This document shows positions 57,237 through 64,000 of a stretch of DNA of 64,000 nucleotides, one piece after another. The stretch is from Elusimicrobiota bacterium. GTDB taxonomy: Bacteria > Elusimicrobiota > Elusimicrobia > UBA1565. A model generated the notes under the pieces. That model was not told where the DNA came from. It saw only the letters and a list, made by a program, of their open reading frames with translations, and searched no databases. Each line of letters begins with the position of its first letter. Position 1 is the first letter of the stretch. The stretch lies in NCBI GenBank assembly GCA_043827405.1, contig JBDRPD010000066.1:1-64000 (forward strand). The letters are read 5' to 3'. A program made the position numbers and the translations under genes.

Positions 57237-58458
57237 CGTACGCGATCATGTCCTTCTCGACGCCCAGATCGTAGAGCATCTTATTGACCGCGCTGTTCAT
57301 TAGCGGCGGGCCGCACATGTAGTATTCGATTTCGGTCGGGTCCGCATGGTCTTTCAGATAGTGTTCGTAGACGACTTGATGGATGAACCCCTTGGGCCCG
57401 GTCCAGTTGTCCTCGGGGAGCGGCTCCGAGAGCCCGACGTTGTAGGAGAAATTCGGGAAGTCGTTGGCAATCTGCCGGAAATCGTCGTCGTAAAACATTT
57501 CGCGCAGCGAGCGCGCGCCGTACCAGAAGGACACCTTGCGCTTGGTCTTAAGCGTCCTGAACAGGTGCAGGATATGCGAGCGCATCGGCGCCATGCCCGC
57601 GCCGCCGCCCACATACATCATCTCGCGGTCGGTGTCCTTGATGAAGAACTCGCCGTAGGGGCCGCTGACGGTCACTTTGTCACCCGCCTTGAGGTTGAAA
57701 ATCCAGGATGAGGCGATCCCCGGCGGAATGCCCGTGGTCCGCGGAGGAGGGGTGGCGATGCGGACGTTGAGCATTACAATATTGCCCTCGGCGGGGTGGT
57801 TGGCCATCGAGTAGGCGCGGATGACGGGTTCGTCGCTCTTGGCGACGTAGTCCCAGACCTTAAACTTGTCCCAGTCGCCGCGGTACTGCTGCTCGACGTC
57901 GAACTCGGTGAACTTGAGCGGGCCGTAAGCGGGGATTTCGATCTGGATGTAGCCGCCGGACTGGAAGTCGATGGACTCGCCGCCGCCGATCTCCAGGACA
58001 AGCTCCTTGATGAATGTCGCGACGTTGTCATTCGAGCGGACCGTGCAGTCGTACTTTTTAATGCTGAAAATTTCATCTGGGACCTTGATCTTCATGGCCT
58101 TGCGGACCTTGACCTGGCAGGCGAGCCGCCAGTGCTCCTTTTGCTGCGGGCGGGTCAAATGGCCGGTCTCGGTCGGCAGCACGTCGCCGCCTCCTTCGAG
58201 GACCTGACATCTGCACATGGCGCAGGTGCCGCCGCCGCCGCAGGCCGAAGGGATGAATATCTTCTGGCTCGACAGCGCGCTTAAGAGCGTTTGGCCGGTC
58301 GAGACTTGGGGGCTCTTCTCGGGGTCGTCGTTTATGAGGAGCTGGACATCGCCGGTCTGGACGAGATACTTCTCCGAGACGGAAACGAGGATGACCATGA
58401 GCAGGATTGTCCCGGTGAAGACGAGGACGCTGAGCAGAACGAAGCCGGTGATTCCCAT
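57226..58458 (-). CDS. nqrF: Na+-NQR subunit F
   Basis: SACGGGGTCAMC, RAYSMAN, GGGAGMAPMRSH, YMCGPP. Confidence 0.96.
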   Translation of the reverse strand: MGITGFVLLSVLVFTGTILLMVILVSVSEKYLVQTGDVQLLINDDPEKSPQVSTGQTLLSALSSQKIFIPSACGGGGTCAMCRCQVLEGGGDVLPTETGHLTRPQQKEHWRLACQVKVRKAMKIKVPDEIFSIKKYDCTVRSNDNVATFIKELVLEIGGGESIDFQSGGYIQIEIPAYGPLKFTEFDVEQQYRGDWDKFKVWDYVAKSDEPVIRAYSMANHPAEGNIVMLNVRIATPPPRTTGIPPGIASSWIFNLKAGDKVTVSGPYGEFFIKDTDREMMYVGGGAGMAPMRSHILHLFRTLKTKRKVSFWYGARSLREMFYDDDFRQIANDFPNFSYNVGLSEPLPEDNWTGPKGFIHQVVYEHYLKDHADPTEIEYYMCGPPLMNSAVNKMLYDLGVEKDMIAYDEF

Positions 58459-59069
58459 TAGAGGCTGATCCCCGAGAACGCCATGAAGGCCATTGCCATG
58501 AGTCCCGTGATAACGAATGTCATCCCCAGGCCGCGCAGGCCCTGCGGGATGTTTGAGTAGCGGGTCTTGTAGCGGATAGCGGCCATGACGGTGATGGCCA
58601 TGGCCCAGCCGATGCCGGAGCCCAGGCCGAAGACGACGGATTCCCCGAGCGTATAGTTGCGCTCAACGAGAAAAAGCGAGGCGCCAAGAATAGCGCAGTT
58701 GACCGCGATAAGCGGCAGGAAGATGCCGAGTGCGGCGTAGAGCTTCTGGCTGAAGCTGTCGATGGCCATCTCGACGATCTGCACCATGGCGGCGATGACC
58801 GCGATGAAGGTTACAAATGACAGAAAGCTGAGGTCGACGTTCGGCAGACCCGCCCAAGCCAGAGCTCCCGGGGCCAGCAGGTAATGGAAGATCAGCCAGT
58901 TAACCGGCGCCGTAAAGCCGAGGACGAAGGTTACCGCGGTACCGAGGCCGATGGCGGTTTCGACCTTCTTGGAACAGGCCAAAAACGAGCACATGCCCAG
59001 GAAGTAGGCGAGAATGATATTCTCGACGAATATGGATTTGACGGCGAGCGAGAGATAGTGCTCAATCAT
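58458..59069 (-). CDS. nqrE: Na+-NQR subunit E
   Basis: [19 protein letters not shown]. Confidence 0.95.
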   Translation of the reverse strand: MIEHYLSLAVKSIFVENIILAYFLGMCSFLACSKKVETAIGLGTAVTFVLGFTAPVNWLIFHYLLAPGALAWAGLPNVDLSFLSFVTFIAVIAAMVQIVEMAIDSFSQKLYAALGIFLPLIAVNCAILGASLFLVERNYTLGESVVFGLGSGIGWAMAITVMAAIRYKTRYSNIPQGLRGLGMTFVITGLMAMAFMAFSGISL

Positions 59070-59685
59070 CCTTCGTCACTCCCATTGCGGTGCGTTGGGC
59101 CCAGGTGAGGAGCCCGACGATGATGAAGGCGGCGGGCGCCAAAACCATGAGCCCGTTGTTGACATAGCCGAGGTCATAGAGCGCGGATGGGACGATCTTG
59201 ATCCCGAATACTGAGCCGCTGCCGAGAATTTCGCGAATGGTCGCCACCGCCATCAATAGGATGCTGTAGCCGATTCCGTTGCCGACGCCGTCGATGAACG
59301 ATTCCTTCGGCGGGTTGGCCATGGCGAAGCCTTCGCCGCGCCCCAGTATGATGCAGTTGGTGATAATAAGACCAACAAAGACGCTCAGCTGCTTGCTGAT
59401 GTCGTAAACGTAGGCTTTGAGGATCTGGTCCACGACGATAACGAGCGACGCAACCACCGCAAGCATTACGATGATGCGGATCTTCGACGGGATGTAATTG
59501 CGCAGGAGCGAGATGATGACGTTCGAGCCGATGAGAACAACGGTGAGCGCGATGCTCATGACGAGCGCTGTGTTCATCTGCACGGTCACAGCCAGGGCCG
59601 AGCAGACGCCGAGTACCTGGAAGGTTATGGGGTTGTTTTCCCAGACCGGCTCCTTAAAAAGCTTCTTATCCTTGCGGGAGAGCAT
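59062..59685 (-). CDS. nqrD: Na+-NQR subunit D
   Basis: [28 protein letters not shown]. Confidence 0.95.
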   Translation of the reverse strand: MLSRKDKKLFKEPVWENNPITFQVLGVCSALAVTVQMNTALVMSIALTVVLIGSNVIISLLRNYIPSKIRIIVMLAVVASLVIVVDQILKAYVYDISKQLSVFVGLIITNCIILGRGEGFAMANPPKESFIDGVGNGIGYSILLMAVATIREILGSGSVFGIKIVPSALYDLGYVNNGLMVLAPAAFIIVGLLTWAQRTAMGVTKDD

Positions 59686-60395
59686 TATTGCTTCCTCCCT
59701 TTGGCCCGGTGCTGTCGGAAGAACCCGTCATAGTGCTTGAGGTCCGCGGCGAGGAATTTCATGACGCCTTTGCCGGTCAGCGTGGCGCCGCTGACGCCGT
59801 CAACCGCGTGGAACTGGTCGCCGGCGGGCACGGCTTCGGACGCTTTACCTTTGGCGACGATGATCGGGGCAAGGCCGCCCCGGTCGTCGACGATACGCTT
59901 GTTCTTGAAATTGTCAAGGAACCAGCTTTTTTCGATCTCGCCGCCCAGTCCCGGCGTTTCGCCATGCTGGTAGAAAGTGACGCCTTTGACGGTTACGCAG
60001 TCGGGCTCAAGCGCCATGTAGCCGTATATCGTCGACCATAGCCCCTTGCCCGAGACGGGGAAAGCGTAGGCTTCGATCTTCTCGCCGTCCTTGCGTACGA
60101 ATAGCGGCAGCAGGCCCGGGTCCTTTTTGGGGTCGAGATCCGCAGGCTTCTTATCCGCGACGGCATTGCCACCGGCGTCGATGACGCGTTCCTCGATGCG
60201 GGCGGCATAGAGCGCGGTGATTTTTTCGGGGATGGTCTCGTCGAAGCCGACCGAACGCAGAATATTCTTCTGGATGTCCAAGCGGACGTTGGCGGCCTGC
60301 TTGTCGCGCAGCAAGGTCGCGGCGCTCGATACAACGAGGCTGCAGGCGATGCAGACAGCGGCGGCGAAGCCGAAGGTGTAGCCCGTGCTACGCAT
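59685..60395 (-). CDS. nqrC: Na+-NQR subunit C
   Basis: [25 protein letters not shown] flavinylation motif. Confidence 0.95.
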   Translation of the reverse strand: MRSTGYTFGFAAAVCIACSLVVSSAATLLRDKQAANVRLDIQKNILRSVGFDETIPEKITALYAARIEERVIDAGGNAVADKKPADLDPKKDPGLLPLFVRKDGEKIEAYAFPVSGKGLWSTIYGYMALEPDCVTVKGVTFYQHGETPGLGGEIEKSWFLDNFKNKRIVDDRGGLAPIIVAKGKASEAVPAGDQFHAVDGVSGATLTGKGVMKFLAADLKHYDGFFRQHRAKGRKQ

Positions 60396-61590
60396 GCAGC
60401 CTCCGGGCGGTGCGGCGCGCGGCGCGTGATTTGAAGTGGGTCTGAATGACGAGATAGTCGATCAGCGGCGCCGTCACGTTCATGAACAGGATGGCCAGCA
60501 TCATGCCTTCAGGGTATGCCGGGTTGATGGTGCGCACGAGGATGCAGATGACGCCGATGAGGATGCCGTATACCCATTGGCCGAACTTGGTGCCGGCGGC
60601 GGATACGGGATCGGTGGCCATGAAGACAGTCCCGAACATGAAGCCGCCGAGACAGAGATGCCAGGTGTAGGGCAAGGACATCAGCGCCGAGGATTCCGGG
60701 CCGGCGAGATTCGCGACCAAAGACGACATGCCGATCGCGCCGATGACGCAAGCGGCCATAATGCGCCAGCTGCCGATTCCGGTGATGATGAGGATCGCGG
60801 CGCCGATGAGGCACCCAAGGGTGGAGACCTCGCCGATCGAACCTGGGATGCGGCCGATAAATGCGTCCCGCAGCGTGAAGCCGGCCGCCTCGAGCGTCTC
60901 GATAGCGCGGGGGCCTACGGCGTTGGAAGCCGCGAGCAGCGGCGTGGCGCCGGAGAAGCCGTCGATGAGCTTGTCCTTCGCCGGCTGGATATAGGTCCAG
61001 ACCTTGTCGCCGGAAATGCTTGCCGGGTAGGCGAAGAACACAAAAGCGCGCGCCGTCAGCGCGGGGTTCAGAATGTTCATCCCGGTGCCGCCGAAGACTT
61101 CCTTGCCGATGACGACGCCGAAGGATATGCCGACGGCCACCATCCACAGCGGGATCGTCGGGGGGAGCGTCAAGGGGAACAGCAGCCCCGTTACCAGGAA
61201 GCCCTCATTGATCTCGTGTTTGCGTACGATCGAGAACAATACCTCCCAGGCACCGCCGACCGCGTAGGAGACGATGATGATGGGCAGAATCGAGCGCAGG
61301 CCCGTCAGGATGCAGGAGACGACGTCCGCCGGCAGGCCCTTCGCCGTCAGCGCCTGGAAGCCGATATTGTAGGTGCCGAAGAGCAGACAGGGGACGAGCG
61401 CCAACACAACGACCGACATCAGTCGCTTCATGTCAAGGGCGTCGCGGACATGCGGCCCCTTCTTGGTTAGGTCCGGGGGCGAGAACAGGAAGGTCTCATT
61501 GGCCTCGTAAAGCGGATAGAACTTTTCAAACGGGCCTCCCTTCTCGAACTTCGGCCGCATCTCCTCGAGCTTTTCCAGTATGAACTTCAC
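60388..61590 (-). CDS. nqrB: Na+-NQR subunit B
   Basis: HVRD..D.KR.M, KEVFGGTGMNILNPAL, SGATPL, FMATDPVS. Confidence 0.95.
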   Translation of the reverse strand: MKFILEKLEEMRPKFEKGGPFEKFYPLYEANETFLFSPPDLTKKGPHVRDALDMKRLMSVVVLALVPCLLFGTYNIGFQALTAKGLPADVVSCILTGLRSILPIIIVSYAVGGAWEVLFSIVRKHEINEGFLVTGLLFPLTLPPTIPLWMVAVGISFGVVIGKEVFGGTGMNILNPALTARAFVFFAYPASISGDKVWTYIQPAKDKLIDGFSGATPLLAASNAVGPRAIETLEAAGFTLRDAFIGRIPGSIGEVSTLGCLIGAAILIITGIGSWRIMAACVIGAIGMSSLVANLAGPESSALMSLPYTWHLCLGGFMFGTVFMATDPVSAAGTKFGQWVYGILIGVICILVRTINPAYPEGMMLAILFMNVTAPLIDYLVIQTHFKSRAARRTARRLHA

Positions 61591-61591
61591 T

Positions 61592-62938
61592 CTAGCCTTC
61601 CTTCATGAGCGCGTTCAGCCCTCGGCTGATGATCTCGCCGATCTCAATCTTCGACGGACAGACGAAGGTGCATAGACCGCATTCTGCGCAGTCGAGAATG
61701 CCGTGCTTTTCTGTCTCTTCGATATCGCCGGCGAGTATTGACTTGGCCAAGTACTGGGGGAGTATGTCCACGGGACAAAGGTCCTCGTAGATGCCGTTCA
61801 TCACGAAGTTGCGGATGCTCCCGCGCAGGGTGGTATCCAGCGCCCACGAGCCGCCGGGAACAAGCGATGACATGAACGTTCGCGATAGACTGAACTTATC
61901 GAATCCGGGACGCACAAAACTGAGCAGTTCGCGCTCGCCGCCTTCCTTTATTACGTAAAGAACCGTATCGTAATAGCCGATAAAGCCGTTTTTGTCTATC
62001 CGGCGTCCGGTCAGGATGCCGCCGGAGACATGCCGCAGTTCGCCGGGTTCTACCTTCCCCTGTGTCAGACTGTCAACGGAAGCGCCGACGCGGGAGCGGA
62101 AGTAAAAGCGTTCTTTAGCCGCCGCGCCGCAGACGGAGATTATGCGCTCTATCGGGTAGCGGCCGGTGGTGAAAAAACGGGCGATCGCCACGGCGTTCTG
62201 TGCCGACACGTACCAGGCGGTCTCTCGGGCCTGCGGGGGAGCGACATAGTAAATCTGTACGGCGGGGCTGCCCACCGGATAAGGGCCGGAAAAACGATGG
62301 ACTTCGCAGTTGCGCGCATTGACCAGCGGTTTGGCTGAAGCGCCGCCCCCGATGCAGAGATGTACGCCTCCGTCCGTGAGCTTGCCGAGGAGGTCGATAC
62401 CGAGCTGAAGCATATCACCCTGCTCGGCGATAATGGCGTTGGGATCGACGTCAAAAGGATCTTCCGCCATCGCATTCACAAAGACCGTTTTGGGCGCGAC
62501 GTCCGGCTGGGCGATCCGCGAGAAGGGCCGTTGGCGTATCATGGGCCACAGGCCGGCTGCAAGCAGGCGCTCGCTGATCTGCGCGCGCTCAAGCTTGCGG
62601 GCCGCCTCGGAGGTTAACTTCTCAAACTCTTCGTACTTCTCATCCTTATCGGTCTCGATGATGATTTCCAGAGGCTTGCGGCGCTCGCCGTAGCGAATCT
62701 GCACGACTTTGCCGCCGCCGGGCGAGACGAAGCGAATCCGGGTGTCGTCCTTGTCCTCCATCAAGACGGTCCCGACTTTAACCGAGTCGCCCTCGCGGAC
62801 CTTCAGGCGGGGACGCAGATAGCGGAAGTCCGGGGGCTGCAGCGCGACACGCGTCGTGCTGGGGCCGTCCATAACTTGGGGTTCGGGCCTGCCGGCGAGA
62901 GGGAGGGTTAGGCCGTTGTCGATTTCGATGTGCGTCAT
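61592..62938 (-). CDS. nqrA: Na+-NQR subunit A
   Basis: GL.LPLAG.P, SPGGGKV, RQRPFS, SGGILTG; C-terminal CAECGLCTFVCPSK; start ATG 62938. Confidence 0.9.
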   Translation of the reverse strand: MTHIEIDNGLTLPLAGRPEPQVMDGPSTTRVALQPPDFRYLRPRLKVREGDSVKVGTVLMEDKDDTRIRFVSPGGGKVVQIRYGERRKPLEIIIETDKDEKYEEFEKLTSEAARKLERAQISERLLAAGLWPMIRQRPFSRIAQPDVAPKTVFVNAMAEDPFDVDPNAIIAEQGDMLQLGIDLLGKLTDGGVHLCIGGGASAKPLVNARNCEVHRFSGPYPVGSPAVQIYYVAPPQARETAWYVSAQNAVAIARFFTTGRYPIERIISVCGAAAKERFYFRSRVGASVDSLTQGKVEPGELRHVSGGILTGRRIDKNGFIGYYDTVLYVIKEGGERELLSFVRPGFDKFSLSRTFMSSLVPGGSWALDTTLRGSIRNFVMNGIYEDLCPVDILPQYLAKSILAGDIEETEKHGILDCAECGLCTFVCPSKIEIGEIISRGLNALMKEG

Positions 62939-63001
62939 GGTGTTTAGCTGGCTTATTATAAGAAAAACAAATTTAAAAATCAAAACCTAAGTGAAAGAAA
63001 C

Positions 63002-63027
63002 GGCCCTCCGTCAACGGACGGAGGGCC
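63002..63027 (-). terminator. Rho-independent terminator of the 63048-63854 gene
   Basis: 11-bp stem GGCCCTCCGTC/GACGGAGGGCC followed on the minus strand by GTTTCTTT. Confidence 0.75.
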
Positions 63028-63047
63028 AGGACGGATGTCTGTTTGTG

Positions 63048-63854
63048 TCAGCCTACGGGGAACTCGCGAATCGAGTCGGGGCTGGTGTAGATGTACCTCT
63101 TGTCGTGCCCGTCGTCGCGCAGCTTGAAGAGGAAGTCTCCGCTGCCGGTTCGCGTCGCCAGGATGGAGCGGTTTTTTCCTCCTCGCAGGTAGGCCGCCAT
63201 TTCCGCCGCCGCGGAGGATTTGTTCTCCGTTTGCTCATTCAGTTTCGCCGCGATACCCTGCAGCGCCGGGTGTTCGAGAAGCATGCCGAATGCGGACGGC
63301 TCGAGGATCAGCGCTTCCTTAAGGACACCCTTCTCGTGCTCGAGGATCCCGGCGGTAGATTCGATGGCCTCGAGATCCGGCGAAAGGCGGCGCACAACGA
63401 CCGCTCCCGTGCGCGGATCCCCGTAGGCCGCCATGAGCCCGTCATCGCGGACCTCCAGGGCGCTGCGTGCGAGCTTCGCCTCGCCGTATTCAATAGTCGC
63501 CGAGATGGGAACATAGTAGACTCCCTCGGTTTTGGGATCATAAAATGTGTAATGTGCCGCGTCACGGGCGGGGTCGCGCAGGATGAGCCAGCCGGCGCGC
63601 AACCCGTCCAGCATGCTGCCGACGTTCTTGCTGCCCATCTTGGCGGTTCTCAGGTACTCGCTGACCGATTTTGCGCTGAACCCCGCATCCCGCAGGTGCC
63701 AGAATAAGACGGCGTCTTCGCCTTCGAAGATGCCGAGCACGGCGTTGGGGTCCTGCCGGGTCCCCGCCTGAGCGCCCGGTATCTCGGCGCACAAGGGCTG
63801 GATGCTCAGGATGAGCGCCGTCAGCGCTCCGCAGAGTATTCTAAATCTTCCCAT
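63048..63854 (-). CDS. Secreted hypothetical protein
   Basis: GGAGGT RBS; signal peptide MGRFRILCGALTALILSIQPLCA. Confidence 0.7.
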   Translation of the reverse strand: MGRFRILCGALTALILSIQPLCAEIPGAQAGTRQDPNAVLGIFEGEDAVLFWHLRDAGFSAKSVSEYLRTAKMGSKNVGSMLDGLRAGWLILRDPARDAAHYTFYDPKTEGVYYVPISATIEYGEAKLARSALEVRDDGLMAAYGDPRTGAVVVRRLSPDLEAIESTAGILEHEKGVLKEALILEPSAFGMLLEHPALQGIAAKLNEQTENKSSAAAEMAAYLRGGKNRSILATRTGSGDFLFKLRDDGHDKRYIYTSPDSIREFPVG

Positions 63855-63898
63855 GTCCCACCTCCATCGAAAGGCCCAGCCTCTCTAGGACTAGTATG

Positions 63899-63959
63899 GG
63901 ACCGAACAGCCCCTTCTCCCAGGGCAGAAGGGCCTTGGCGGCATTGGGCCATAGGTCCC
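63899..63959 (-). promoter_or_regulatory. Array of three 14-bp quasi-palindromes at 23-24-bp period
   Basis: Minus strand GGGAC-CTAT-GGCCC, AGGCC-CTTC-TGCCC, GGGCT-GTTC-GGTCC; same pattern as 32034-32116. Confidence 0.55.
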
Positions 63960-64000
63960 ATCCCCCGATTCATTGAATAACGCCGCCATTCAGTTTATAC

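Noticed and set aside
14754..61470. Long antisense ORFs (e.g. 14754-15629, 18487-19821, 20152-21378, 23185-24474, 32897-33973, 40278-41453, 54402-55685, 60436-61470)
   Set aside because: Typical high-GC shadows of recognisable genes on the other strand, with no motifs of their own

Overview
GC-rich bacterial chromosome segment. The gene mix (pilin-like genes, PorV-like barrel, SGNH/TPR proteins, HemN-like radical SAM proteins, Na+-NQR) suggests Elusimicrobiota or a similar lineage, but this is inference only. Bases 1-12.6 kb are an accessory region: the C-terminus of a tyrosine recombinase, two type IV-like TA modules, an H-NOX/hybrid kinase pair, a Schlafen-ATPase and secreted/TPR proteins. 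This region is cut by three 5'-half copies of tRNA-fMet that all end at the anticodon loop. The two segments between the copies lack an integrase and carry their own paired direct repeats at both ends, which looks like a tandem cassette array integrated at tRNA-fMet. The remainder is largely core: a solitary divergent secY, a nitroalkane-oxidase-like flavoprotein plus fixABCX operon behind a perfect FNR box, an SGNH-TPR/radical SAM/DppA cluster, glgA, pilin, ompA, thyA-folA, htpG, serA, orn and a complete nqrABCDEF-apbE operon with nqrM. Two further candidate systems stand out. One is an operon encoding a CTD-bearing adaptor, a PorV-like barrel and two signal-peptide fibre proteins with phage collar domains and nine-HxH needles with divergent tips. 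The other is a shared N-terminal export-type leader on glycogen synthase and on an HD-domain protein, with a 23-bp-period palindromic operator array in front of secreted-protein genes. Family assignments come from motif recognition by eye; no searches were run.
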